Source: a bacterium
GTDB lineage: Bacteria > Ratteibacteria > UBA8468 > B48-G9 > DTJG01
Assembly: GCA_026418655.1 (NCBI GenBank)
Contig: JAOAAW010000063.1
Location: 9,835-73,834, forward strand
Direction of reading: 5' to 3'
DNA length: 64,000 bases
Below the pieces are notes generated by a model. It did not search any database and was not told the DNA's origin. It saw only the letters and a program-made list of their open reading frames with translations. The position numbers were made by a program, and so were the translations under genes. Of this stretch, positions 36,461 through 46,438 are shown one piece after another (position 1 is the first letter of the stretch; the number at the start of each line of letters is the position of its first letter).

Positions 36461-37276
36461 TTAACCCAATTGTTTTACTGCTTCTTTCAGAAACACAATA
36501 TCTTCTTCAAACTTCTTTTCAGACGGCCTTTTATCAAGTGCTTCAAGAGAAAGAAAACCTTCAAATTTTGCATTTTTTAGTGCCTTTATAATTGCTATCC
36601 AGTCAAGGTCTCCTTCTGAAATTGAACCAAACTCCATCTTATATTTCCTTCCGGATACAGCACCCTCTGTTTCTGTTATCTGTCTGCAGTTTTTCACATG
36701 AACATGTGCAAGATATTTGCCGAAAACACTTATTGAGTATTCAGGTCTGGTAAATCCTTCAACAGCAGAATTGCCGGGGTCAAAGATTATTCCGACATAC
36801 CTTTCAGACAGTCCATCAACAAGCTGCCTGCATGCATTAGGAGTGCAGCAGATATTGATATGGTGTTGTTCAATATTCAGTCTTACATCAAATTTTTCTG
36901 CTTCTGGAAGCACAACTTCTTCAAGCCATCTTCTCTGTCTTTGCATCAGTTCATCAAAACTGATGCCTCCGTCGAAATGATAGCTGTGACACCTGACATT
37001 TCTTGTTTTCAAGATGTTTGCGGCTTCAAAAATTTTAGCCATATAATCTTTAGGTTCATTGAATTTAAAGTATGGAGCAAGCCCCGCGCAGACAATACCC
37101 GAACCTTCCATCATTTTAGCTACTTCAGTGGCTGATTTTTTCAGGTCTTTCAGGTCAATGTGTGCGTTTTCTCTGCACCACCATTCAATACCATCGCAAC
37201 GATATTTTTTCGCAAGTTCAATCACTTCAGAAACCTTTTTATCAGACGCTGACAGAGAATAGACTGAAATTTTCAT
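36461..37276 (-). CDS. Sugar phosphate isomerase/epimerase (AP2Ec TIM barrel)
   Basis: DGIEW, LNIEQH, IFDPGN, HVHVKN, LSLE. Confidence 0.88.
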   Translation of the reverse strand: MKISVYSLSASDKKVSEVIELAKKYRCDGIEWWCRENAHIDLKDLKKSATEVAKMMEGSGIVCAGLAPYFKFNEPKDYMAKIFEAANILKTRNVRCHSYHFDGGISFDELMQRQRRWLEEVVLPEAEKFDVRLNIEQHHINICCTPNACRQLVDGLSERYVGIIFDPGNSAVEGFTRPEYSISVFGKYLAHVHVKNCRQITETEGAVSGRKYKMEFGSISEGDLDWIAIIKALKNAKFEGFLSLEALDKRPSEKKFEEDIVFLKEAVKQLG

Positions 37277-37410
37277 TTTACCCCCTTATAGGTTTAATGT
37301 TCTATTATACAATTTTTTGTCATAAGATCCAGTTTTGCCCGAAGGCTCTTTGGTATGGTAGAATAATTCTAACCTTGAAGTTTTTATTCCTAAAAATCTG
37401 AAGAGAATTT

Positions 37411-38049
37411 ATGATAAAAGCTATCATTTTTGACCTGGATGGAGTCATTTTTGACTCAGAAATACTGCACCAGCAAGCATGGAAAAAGGTTTTTGAAAGG
37501 TATGGAATACACCTTACTAAGAATGACTATCTGAAAGGAATCGGAATCTCTGACCTGGACTTTCTGAAGCATCTTGTTTCAGAGAAAAAAATACCTGAAG
37601 ATATTGAAGTTTTCATAAAAGAGAAAAGGAAAACCCTGCTTGAAATATCCAGCCAGGCAAAGCCAATTGATGGAGTATGCTTGTTTATCGGTGAGTTATC
37701 TTCTGAATATAAACTTGCCGTGGCTTCAAATTCTGACAGGGAGTTTGTGCTTAAACTTATTGAAAAAGAAGGCCTATCAAAGTGTTTTTCTGTGATCTTG
37801 GGATTTCAGGACATTTCAAAACCAAAGCCGGATCCTGAAATTTATATAAAATGTGCTGATAAACTTGGTGTTTTACCTGATGAATGCGTAGTATTTGAGG
37901 ATTCTCCAACTGGCATTAAAGCAGCAAAAAATGCAGGAATGAAATGTATTGCCTTAGCAACAACCCTTGACGAAAACGCACTATCAGAAGCAGACTTCAT
38001 TATAAAGAAAATGGAATTTGATAAGGTGAAAAAATTTCTCGGATTTTAA
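37411..38049 (+). CDS. HAD family phosphatase (beta-PGM-like)
   Basis: IFDLDGVIFDSE, ASNS, KPKPDPEIY, FEDSPTG. Confidence 0.92.
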   Translation: MIKAIIFDLDGVIFDSEILHQQAWKKVFERYGIHLTKNDYLKGIGISDLDFLKHLVSEKKIPEDIEVFIKEKRKTLLEISSQAKPIDGVCLFIGELSSEYKLAVASNSDREFVLKLIEKEGLSKCFSVILGFQDISKPKPDPEIYIKCADKLGVLPDECVVFEDSPTGIKAAKNAGMKCIALATTLDENALSEADFIIKKMEFDKVKKFLGF

Positions 38050-38050
38050 G

Positions 38051-38662
38051 ATGACAGAAGAATTATATCTCGTCATTCTTAATGCTATTGGACTCATTGC
38101 GTTTTCATTTTCAGGTGCAATAAAGGCTAGAATTCATGGACTTGACCTGTTTGGCATCATACTGCTGGGGTTTTCAACAGCGCTTGGTGGTGGTGCTATA
38201 AGAGATGTAATGGTACAAAGGATTCCCTTAATGCTGACAGACGTAAGTTATACAATCTTTTGTATCATCGGTATTTTTGCAGGAATTATACTGAAAAGAA
38301 ACATAGACAAAGCCATTTATACAAGATTCTTTCTTGTTTCTGACGGAATAGGCCTTGCCTCATTCACAGCAACGGGTTGTATTGTTGCAAATCAGACAGG
38401 TCTCGGAGCAATAGGTATTGTGGTACTCGGCATGAGTACTGCCATTGGTGGCGGTATTCTCAGGGATGTTCTTGTCAATGAAATACCAATGGTTTTGAGC
38501 AAAGAAATTTACGCCACATGTTCTTTTGCTGGATGCATTGTTTTCTGGTTGTTATCCTATAAATCAGGTATTCATGTCGCAGCTTATATTTCTGTGGCCG
38601 TTGTTTTCATTTTTCGTATGCTTTCCATCAGATTTGGATGGAACCTGCCAAAATTTTCTTAA
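38051..38662 (+). CDS. UPF0126/TRIC (YadS-like) membrane protein
   Basis: Duplicated TALGGGAIRD / TAIGGGILRD motifs; multi-TM. Confidence 0.92.
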   Translation: MTEELYLVILNAIGLIAFSFSGAIKARIHGLDLFGIILLGFSTALGGGAIRDVMVQRIPLMLTDVSYTIFCIIGIFAGIILKRNIDKAIYTRFFLVSDGIGLASFTATGCIVANQTGLGAIGIVVLGMSTAIGGGILRDVLVNEIPMVLSKEIYATCSFAGCIVFWLLSYKSGIHVAAYISVAVVFIFRMLSIRFGWNLPKFS

Positions 38663-38708
38663 AAACACCTGCTGGAGTAAAATAATAATACCCTTTTAAG
38701 GAGAAACA

Positions 38709-39917
38709 ATGAAGGAATTGGAAAGACAGCTTGAAATTATAAAGAGAAATACTGTTGAAGTAATTGAAGAATCTGAACTTAGGAAAAAGCTTGAAAGAAG
38801 CATTTCAACAGGAAAGCCACTAAGGGTTAAGTACGGTATTGACCCGACAAGTCCTGAAATACATTTAGGACATATGGTATTGATAAGAAAACTCCGGCAT
38901 TTTCAACTACTCGGACACAAGGTGTTCTTTCTCATAGGAGATTTTACTGCAAGGATTGGGGACCCTACAGGAAGAAATGAAACAAGACCGATTCTATCAA
39001 GGGAAGAAATTAAAAAAAATCTTAATACTTATGTAGAACAGGTGAGTAAGGTTCTTGACGTTGATAAGGCGGAATTTGTCTATAATGGAAACTGGTTAAG
39101 CATTCTGTCAATCGAGGAATTTATTAAAATTGCTTCCTGTTTTACAATTGCTCAGATACTTGAAAGAGACGATTTTTCTGCCAGATATAAATCAGGTAAG
39201 GCAATTTATTTCCATGAATTCATGTACCCATTGTTTCAGGGATATGATTCTGTCGTTCTTGAATCAGATATTGAAATTGGAGCAACAGAGCAGAAGTTTA
39301 ATCTTCTCGCCGGAAGAACATTACAAGAATTTTTTGGACAGGAAAAACAGGTTGTCATTACAATGCCAATACTTGTTGGGACCGATGGAAAAATGAAGAT
39401 GAGCAAAAGTTACAAAAATCACATTCCTGTTTCCACAACACCAGAGGATATGTTTGGCAAGATTATGTCCATACAGGACACTCTGATGGAATCATACACA
39501 AAACTTCTCACTGATATTGATATTGAAAAATTCAAAATCCAGATTGAAAAAAATCCCAGGCAGGCAAAAGCGATTCTTGCAAAAGAAATAGTAGGACAGT
39601 TTTTTTCAAGTCAGGATGCAGAAAAGGCTGAAATGTCTTTTAATAGAATATTTAAGGAAAAACAAATTCCAGAAGACATCCCTGTAATTGAAATCCCTTT
39701 TTCAAAAATAGGGCAAAAAAAGGTAAATATCGTTGATTTATTGTTTCTGGCAGGTTTTGTACCATCAAAATCTGAGGCAAAAAGGTTGATACAGCAAAAT
39801 GCTGTCAGAGTTGATGGAAAAACAATAACAGATATCAATACAGAAATAGAAGCAGAAGGAAAGGTTTTTAAGGTCGGTAAAAGAAAATTTGCAAAGATAA
39901 AAATTGTGCAACTTTAA
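38709..39917 (+). CDS. tyrS: Tyrosine--tRNA ligase
   Basis: GIDPT..HLGH, YPLFQGYD, KMSKS, C-terminal S4 domain. Confidence 0.97.
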   Translation: MKELERQLEIIKRNTVEVIEESELRKKLERSISTGKPLRVKYGIDPTSPEIHLGHMVLIRKLRHFQLLGHKVFFLIGDFTARIGDPTGRNETRPILSREEIKKNLNTYVEQVSKVLDVDKAEFVYNGNWLSILSIEEFIKIASCFTIAQILERDDFSARYKSGKAIYFHEFMYPLFQGYDSVVLESDIEIGATEQKFNLLAGRTLQEFFGQEKQVVITMPILVGTDGKMKMSKSYKNHIPVSTTPEDMFGKIMSIQDTLMESYTKLLTDIDIEKFKIQIEKNPRQAKAILAKEIVGQFFSSQDAEKAEMSFNRIFKEKQIPEDIPVIEIPFSKIGQKKVNIVDLLFLAGFVPSKSEAKRLIQQNAVRVDGKTITDINTEIEAEGKVFKVGKRKFAKIKIVQL

Positions 39918-39996
39918 TAAAGTGCGTCACGGGTTTGCTTTTAGAAGGGAAGGGACAGATGGTTTTTTGTCTTCAATTTTCAAATAGGAGCAACTG

Positions 39997-40650
39997 ATGG
40001 AAAATATAAGAAAAGAACTTTGTAAATACGGCAAACTTGTACTTGAAAAAAATCTTGCTGCTGGGCCTGGTGGGAACATCAGTGCAAGAGAAAAAAATTT
40101 TGTTTATCTTTCACCAAGTGGCTTTGCACTGGATGAAATTAAAGAAAGCCAGTGGGTTAAAGTTGACTTAGAAACAGGCAAGCAATACGGCAGATTAAAA
40201 CCCACATGTGAAATATCAATGCACCTTGGTTGTTATATTGCAAGACCCGAAATAAGAGCGGTCATTCATACCCATCCACCTTATACCCTGGGGTTGATTT
40301 CAGCAGGAATAGGACTTAAACCATTTTATCCGGATTTTGTGGCAATACTTGGAAGGGAAATACCGATGGTTGAATATGTAATCCCCGCAGGAGAAGAAAT
40401 AAGAGAAGCTGTTGTTGAACAAATCAAGAAATATAATGTGGTACTTTTGAAAAACCATGGTGCGGTCTGTGTTGGAGAAACATTAAAAGAAGCCTTTGCT
40501 CGTGCCTGGCTTGTAGAGGAAACAGCAAAGATGCAGATGGCTGGAATGATTGCAGGAAAAATCAGATATTTTACAGAAAAAGAAATAGAAGGAATAGAAA
40601 ATTTAAAAGCAGAGGACTATAGAAAGGCACTTTTGAAAAAATTTAAATGA
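39997..40650 (+). CDS. Class II aldolase/adducin family protein (FucA/RhaD-like)
   Basis: GGNISAR, PTCEISMH, VIHTHPPY, LLKNHG. Confidence 0.92.
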   Translation: MENIRKELCKYGKLVLEKNLAAGPGGNISAREKNFVYLSPSGFALDEIKESQWVKVDLETGKQYGRLKPTCEISMHLGCYIARPEIRAVIHTHPPYTLGLISAGIGLKPFYPDFVAILGREIPMVEYVIPAGEEIREAVVEQIKKYNVVLLKNHGAVCVGETLKEAFARAWLVEETAKMQMAGMIAGKIRYFTEKEIEGIENLKAEDYRKALLKKFK

Positions 40651-41861
40651 ATGTAAGAGTTATTTCTCCATCAACAATAAAACAGGAATTTCAAAGGATA
40701 GATGTACATCCTGAAGGCATCCGCTTGATGGAACCCAAAACCCGCCTGTACTGCGTAAAGGTATCTGGAATTAATGTAAAGCAGGCAAATGTGCTTAAAC
40801 AGGAGGCTCTTGCCATTGGCGGAGATGCAGCGATTCCTTATTCTGTGCTGAACCTTGAAAACAAACAAGTGGATGTTATTCTTATGGCAACTATAAAACA
40901 ATATAAGAAACTGGCTGAAAAACTCAAGAAGCAATTTTTCAATCTTCAAGAGGTTGGTAAAAATATTATTAAAACCATTGAACATTTTGAAAATATTCCT
41001 TCCACAATTTCAACATCAAAAAAGACCATAAGAATCAATGATTTTATGATTATGGGCATTCTTAATATTACCCCCGACTCTTTTTCCGACGGTGGCAAAT
41101 ACTATGGCGATGTCTCTCTGGCTGTTGATAGAGCGGTTGAAATGGAACAGCAGGGTGCTTCAATCATTGATATAGGTGGAGAATCAAGCAGACCGAAATC
41201 TCATGGCATTGATGAAAATGAAGAAATAAAAAGGGTTATACCTGTTATAAAGGCTGTAAGAAAAAAGATAAGGTGTTTGATTTCATGTGATACTTCAAGG
41301 GCTCGTGTGGCTGAAATGGCACTTGAAGAGGGTGCGGATATTATCAATGATGTGTATGCACTGAGACGGGATAAGAAATTGTGCAGAATTGTTGCTGAAA
41401 AAAAATGTACACTTGTGTTGATGCATATGAAAGGAACACCGGATACAATGCAGGAAAATCCGTATTATGAAGATGTTGTTGGAGAAATATGCGAATTTTT
41501 TAGAGAAAGAATTGATTTTGCAATGGAAAATGGTATAGAAAAACAAAAAATAATCCTTGATCCTGGCATTGGCTTCGGGAAAAGACTCATTGATAACCTG
41601 GAAATTATCCATAGACTGAGAGAATTTACCTGTTTTGGACTTCCGTTGTTACTCGGTACATCAAGGAAATCTTTTATAGGAAAACTGTCTAATGATATTC
41701 CTCCAGAGCAGCGGCTACCAGGAACCATTGCCAGTTGTGTTTTTGGATATCTTGCAGGAGCAAGAATATTCAGGGTTCATGATGTGAAAGAGGTTGTACA
41801 GGCACTCAGAGTTGTTTCAGGAATAGAAAATTATGGAAAAAACAAGAATTCTGGGACTTGA
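40647..41861 (+). CDS. folP: Dihydropteroate synthase with N-terminal extension
   Basis: MGILNITPDSFSDGG, DIGGESSRP, LMHM, DPGIGFGK, SRKSF, FRVHDV. Confidence 0.95.
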   Translation: MNVRVISPSTIKQEFQRIDVHPEGIRLMEPKTRLYCVKVSGINVKQANVLKQEALAIGGDAAIPYSVLNLENKQVDVILMATIKQYKKLAEKLKKQFFNLQEVGKNIIKTIEHFENIPSTISTSKKTIRINDFMIMGILNITPDSFSDGGKYYGDVSLAVDRAVEMEQQGASIIDIGGESSRPKSHGIDENEEIKRVIPVIKAVRKKIRCLISCDTSRARVAEMALEEGADIINDVYALRRDKKLCRIVAEKKCTLVLMHMKGTPDTMQENPYYEDVVGEICEFFRERIDFAMENGIEKQKIILDPGIGFGKRLIDNLEIIHRLREFTCFGLPLLLGTSRKSFIGKLSNDIPPEQRLPGTIASCVFGYLAGARIFRVHDVKEVVQALRVVSGIENYGKNKNSGT

Positions 41862-42270
41862 CCTCGGTGAAAAAAAGATTGGTGTCGCGATAAGCGATGA
41901 ATTCAGAACCATAGCAAGAGGCCTTGGAACAATAGAAGTTGATGGAAGAGAACATGAAAAAATAAAAGAAATTGTCAGTAAGTATAATGTTGGGAAAATT
42001 GTCTATGGAGTTCCATTGAGAAATGACGGTTCTATTAGCAGCAGGGCTGAAAAGATGCTCTCAATTATAACAAGATTAAAAGGAATTGTTAAAGCTGAAT
42101 TTATTCCCTGGGATGAAAGAATGACAACCATTGAAGCTGAAAATATTTTGTTAATGGCTGACTTGAGCCGAAAAAAAAGGAAAATGGTAAGAGATAAACT
42201 TGCCGCACAGATTATTCTTCAAAGCTACCTTGATTCCTTATATCTAAAAAATTCATCTATAGAGGAATGA
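41833..42270 (+). CDS. ruvX: YqgF/RuvX pre-16S rRNA nuclease
   Basis: ILGLDLGEKKIGVAISD, WDERMTT, DKLAAQIILQSYLD. Confidence 0.95.
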   Translation: MEKTRILGLDLGEKKIGVAISDEFRTIARGLGTIEVDGREHEKIKEIVSKYNVGKIVYGVPLRNDGSISSRAEKMLSIITRLKGIVKAEFIPWDERMTTIEAENILLMADLSRKKRKMVRDKLAAQIILQSYLDSLYLKNSSIEE

Positions 42271-43460
42271 TTCTAAAAACATTACAACATTGTACCAGCA
42301 TAATGTCTAAATGGCTAAACGGTTTTTCTTTTCTGCAAAATGTAAGCCGGTTCAAAGAAAAAATAACATATGTTGACACTGAAAAAACACTTAAACATAT
42401 CGTCGAACGTTTGAAGAATGAAAAAGAAATTGCTGTAGACACTGAAGGCAATTCCCTCTATTGTTATCAATCCAAAATATGCCTGATTCAGGTTTCCAGC
42501 AGAGAAAAACACTACATTATAGACACACTTCGGATAAAAAATATCTCTATCTTAAAAGACCTCTTTTCAAACCCGAATGTTGAAAAGATCATGCATGGTT
42601 CGGCTTATGATATTCAGATGCTTTACCAATGCGCAGGTATTCAAATTAAAAATCTTTTTGATACCCAGATCGCCGCCAGTTTTCTTGGAGAAAAAAAACC
42701 AGGGCTTGCCAGCATAATCAAAAAATATTTTGGCGTGCATCTGAGTAAAACCCACCAGAAAAGCAACTGGGCAATACGACCACTACCAGATGAAATGATT
42801 GAGTATGCCATTTCAGATACAATGTATTTACTTTTCCTTGCTGACAGACTTAAAAAACAGCTTAAGGAAAACCACAGAATTGAATGGGTAAGAGAAGAAT
42901 GTGAATACCTTTCCAGATATGGAATTAACATTAAAAAGAAAGAAAGACCATCTATTGGAATTGAGAATCCTTCTGGAGAAAAACTCAATGCCGCTGAATT
43001 GGTTCTACAATTCAGAGAAAAAGTAGCCAGACAGATGAACCTGCCACCTTTCAGGGTACTTGATAAAAAAACTATCCGAGAAATTGTGGTTAAGGAAAAT
43101 CTGGATATAAAAACATTAAAGTGGTTGACAGCAAAAACACCTCTGAAGCAGCATCATCTTGAAGAGTTACTTGAAATAATACAAAAAGCAGGAGAAAAAA
43201 TTGTGAAAAGACAGGAAAAACAGACATCCAAAAAATACCACACCAAAGATTTCAAAGAAAAAATTGATAAACTTTATACATGGAGAAGCACAAGGGCGCA
43301 ACAATTGGGGTTGGAGCCATACCTTGTTTTGTCTCAAAAACAGATTCTTTCGCTTGCTGAAGTAAAAATAGAAACACACAATGACATTGCAGGTATTGAT
43401 GAGCTCAAAAACTGGCAGAAGAAAACTTTTGGAAAAGAGTTAACTGAACTCTTAAAATAA
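42267..43460 (+). CDS. rnd: Ribonuclease D (DEDDy exonuclease plus HRDC domains)
   Basis: AVDTE, CLIQV, KIMH...YD, FDTQIAA, SNW..RPL, YAISD; start uncertain. Confidence 0.9.
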   Translation: MILKTLQHCTSIMSKWLNGFSFLQNVSRFKEKITYVDTEKTLKHIVERLKNEKEIAVDTEGNSLYCYQSKICLIQVSSREKHYIIDTLRIKNISILKDLFSNPNVEKIMHGSAYDIQMLYQCAGIQIKNLFDTQIAASFLGEKKPGLASIIKKYFGVHLSKTHQKSNWAIRPLPDEMIEYAISDTMYLLFLADRLKKQLKENHRIEWVREECEYLSRYGINIKKKERPSIGIENPSGEKLNAAELVLQFREKVARQMNLPPFRVLDKKTIREIVVKENLDIKTLKWLTAKTPLKQHHLEELLEIIQKAGEKIVKRQEKQTSKKYHTKDFKEKIDKLYTWRSTRAQQLGLEPYLVLSQKQILSLAEVKIETHNDIAGIDELKNWQKKTFGKELTELLK

Positions 43461-43477
43461 ATTTAGCACCTGATAGA

Positions 43478-45445
43478 TTACTCAATAGCAATCGCAACAA
43501 AAGAAAGCTGTGGCAGGTCTTTAATTTTTACTTTATTTCCCTTTATTTCAACTGCTTCAGACACAGTGCCCTTGATATTCAAAACCTTCATCTTTGAATT
43601 TTTAGGGACATCAAGATTTTTTATGTTAACCAGGACATCTCCTGACTTTTTCTCCCTGTCTGCCAGATTTGTAATCAACAATAGGCATTTTCCCTGATCT
43701 GATTGCCATAAGCTTGGAAACAACCAGAATTCTTTACACAATACAGCATCTGTGGGGGTATAAGCTGGATTGTGGAGCTTTACAATATTGCCGGGTAAGC
43801 TCAACATTGCATCCCATAATGGTCTTATGTAAGCGACAGCATCCTTGAAATCAACACCTGGCTCCAGCACTGGATGGCCTGTCATACCAAAAGCACTGCA
43901 TAGCGCGGCTGCCTTCTTCCCTGAAAATTCAGCTCTGTCTTTCAAATTTCCACTTATAAGATGTGCACCTGAACAATCAAAACAGGCAAAATATGCTGTG
44001 CTTTCTGGAACAGTCAATAGTTCGTCATGCCTTATTGATAGTTCACCGCACAGTGCAACATCAATACAGCTCTGGGTTAAAGCAAATGGAAATCCAGTAT
44101 GACCGATGATTGCACCATATTTGCCAACTCTTTTTCTCATTGCTTTCATATACATAAAATATGCATATGTTGACCAGTGAAGCAGACTTGTTTTTGTAAA
44201 ACCCATTGCATGTGGAGAATTCCAATCAGGATATAGTCCATCCCAGTCCTTCTTCATATAATCTTCAAACCATGTCTGATACATCTGATACTGTTCACAT
44301 CCCCTTATATAAGTGAGGACTCTCATTCCACGCTGGTGGCACCTATCCACAAAGGCTTTAAACCACTGCGGGTCTTTAACAACATAATCAGAAGGTGGTT
44401 CACAATTTGTTCCAGGGTTTCTCATCCAGAATTGATGGATAATCATTACATTTGCTCCCAAATCCGCCACTTCATCCACCCTTTTAATTTCTGGATTACC
44501 CTTAAATAATTGTGGCGGCTGGCAGGCAACCTGCTTTATAGGCATAACAACCCATGGCCAGTCTTTTCCAACCTGCGCATATGGGTACATGCAGTGTGAA
44601 ACCCTGCAGCCAAGAACATTGTTTCTAAAAGCAACATCTGTTCCTTTTTCATTCTCTGTTTTTGCGGCAAGGAAAATCATTCCCCACCTGTTTCGATATC
44701 TTGTTGACTGTGAAACTCTCATCTGCAGTCCCTGAAGGATGTACCATTGTAATGTCCATTTATTTTTCTGCTTTCCACCAAAGCTCATTGTGTATTGCCG
44801 TGGCGCATCATTGAAACCTATCCATTCATCAAGCACAAACTCAATCTTATTGCTGAAAAATTTTGTACTTTGCCATCCAAGGTCCACTGACGCAAGTGGC
44901 CAAAGTTCCCTCTGACAGGAAATTTCATTAATCTGCTTGTACAGGTCCATCCCATAGAAGACATGAGTTGTTGAATAATCCCTTTTATACCATGGGTCCC
45001 TTGTGAAATACCCCCATCTTGCCGATTTTGCACTCGAAACATCAAGAAAAATATTCATTGAAATCTCACTCAAGGTAAAACTGCCATTCTCTTTAGTATC
45101 AAATACCTGTTCACAAAACAGAGCACCTTCTGGATGAATTTCATATGTCTGAGTTATTTTTACCAATCCCTTTGCTATTGATGCTTCATTCTTGATTACT
45201 ATTCTGTCCTCATCAACTGACTCAACTGTCAGATTGGATTTTGTATCAGAAAGTTTATAACTTGCTCCGTCAATAACAAATTTCAAACCGCATATGGTAT
45301 CGTTTTCAGAAAGCAGTGCATGTCTTTCTTTTTCATTTTTGCAGGCAAAATCAACAATCTCACCACCCCTGTCTGCATCCCAGGTAATTTTCCCGGTACC
45401 GGTTTCAACCGTAATTTTTCTTCCCTTTCTGCTCAGTTTCAACAT
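43478..45445 (-). CDS. Hypothetical glycoside-hydrolase-like TIM-barrel protein
   Basis: ADLGANVMIIHQFW, FKAFVDRCHQRGMRV, DGLYPDW; no signal peptide. Confidence 0.55.
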   Translation of the reverse strand: MLKLSRKGRKITVETGTGKITWDADRGGEIVDFACKNEKERHALLSENDTICGLKFVIDGASYKLSDTKSNLTVESVDEDRIVIKNEASIAKGLVKITQTYEIHPEGALFCEQVFDTKENGSFTLSEISMNIFLDVSSAKSARWGYFTRDPWYKRDYSTTHVFYGMDLYKQINEISCQRELWPLASVDLGWQSTKFFSNKIEFVLDEWIGFNDAPRQYTMSFGGKQKNKWTLQWYILQGLQMRVSQSTRYRNRWGMIFLAAKTENEKGTDVAFRNNVLGCRVSHCMYPYAQVGKDWPWVVMPIKQVACQPPQLFKGNPEIKRVDEVADLGANVMIIHQFWMRNPGTNCEPPSDYVVKDPQWFKAFVDRCHQRGMRVLTYIRGCEQYQMYQTWFEDYMKKDWDGLYPDWNSPHAMGFTKTSLLHWSTYAYFMYMKAMRKRVGKYGAIIGHTGFPFALTQSCIDVALCGELSIRHDELLTVPESTAYFACFDCSGAHLISGNLKDRAEFSGKKAAALCSAFGMTGHPVLEPGVDFKDAVAYIRPLWDAMLSLPGNIVKLHNPAYTPTDAVLCKEFWLFPSLWQSDQGKCLLLITNLADREKKSGDVLVNIKNLDVPKNSKMKVLNIKGTVSEAVEIKGNKVKIKDLPQLSFVAIAIE

Positions 45446-45578
45446 GTTGCGCTCCTTTTTTTATAGTTTTTCAAATTTTGATGATACAATATAACTGTTC
45501 GCTTGTCCAGTTAACCTGTTGCTAAAATATGACAAATACCCGAATGAGAATTTTTTCATTCTGCAGTATAATTGAAAA

Positions 45579-46436
45579 ATGAAGGAAAAGGCGATTGTTT
45601 TCGATTTTGATGGTCCTCTGATTGGTAGTGGACAGGACAAGGCAGTTCACATCCTTTTCTCAGCATTTGTTGCATGCTGGGATACAGGTTTCAGGGTTTT
45701 TTTGCATCCCGAAAATCTTGAGTTAGACCTTGAAAAAATGGTTAAAGGTCTTATCAATTATCCTGGTGCTCCGCGATTTCAACAACTTTCAGCAATAATC
45801 AGCTGCATAGTAAGGGATATTCCTCAAGCAATAAAAGATCCATCAGAACTCAAAATAGATGAAAATCTTCAAAAGGAATATCAGAAACTCAAAGAAAGGT
45901 ACAATCAGTTTTATTCTTCCCTCAATGATGCAGCAGCAAAACTTTACTGGAAACCCCTGGATGGAATCAAAGAGATTATTGAAGAACTGGTGAAAGATTA
46001 TGACTTGTATGTTGCTTCAGGTATTATTCAGGAAATCCTTGAGAAGGATTTTAACCATCATGGGTTTGACAGAAAAATTTTTTCAGGAATTTTTGGAAGC
46101 AATCCAGCAGGAGATATTGATAAAGCAAAGATACTTGAAAAAATAAAGAACAAGGGCTATAAAGATGTCCTTTTTATTGGAGATTCAAAAAAAGATTTTG
46201 AGTATGCAAAGGCCACAGGCATCAAATTTTACAGAATAAAAACAGCCACGGATTATAAAAAGTTGATGAATGAAATAAAAAATGGTTTGCCCAATCAGAA
46301 TGAAATATGCGAATTCACTGAGGAGGAACTTGAAACAATAAAATCAAAGGTAATTTCTCTTATGAAATTTTATGTTCAAGGAAAAAATCTCTCGTTTGAG
46401 GAAATAACAACTTTTATAAACACAGGCAAATTATAA
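45579..46436 (+). CDS. HAD family hydrolase
   Basis: VFDFDG, YVASG, FIGDS..D. Confidence 0.85.
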   Translation: MKEKAIVFDFDGPLIGSGQDKAVHILFSAFVACWDTGFRVFLHPENLELDLEKMVKGLINYPGAPRFQQLSAIISCIVRDIPQAIKDPSELKIDENLQKEYQKLKERYNQFYSSLNDAAAKLYWKPLDGIKEIIEELVKDYDLYVASGIIQEILEKDFNHHGFDRKIFSGIFGSNPAGDIDKAKILEKIKNKGYKDVLFIGDSKKDFEYAKATGIKFYRIKTATDYKKLMNEIKNGLPNQNEICEFTEEELETIKSKVISLMKFYVQGKNLSFEEITTFINTGKL

Positions 46437-46438
46437 AA

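Noticed and set aside
38663..38708. T-box leader upstream of tyrS
   Set aside because: Only 46 bp of intergenic space and no T-box motif
39918..39996. Weak hairpin after tyrS (riboswitch or terminator?)
   Set aside because: Imperfect stem and no recognisable aptamer consensus
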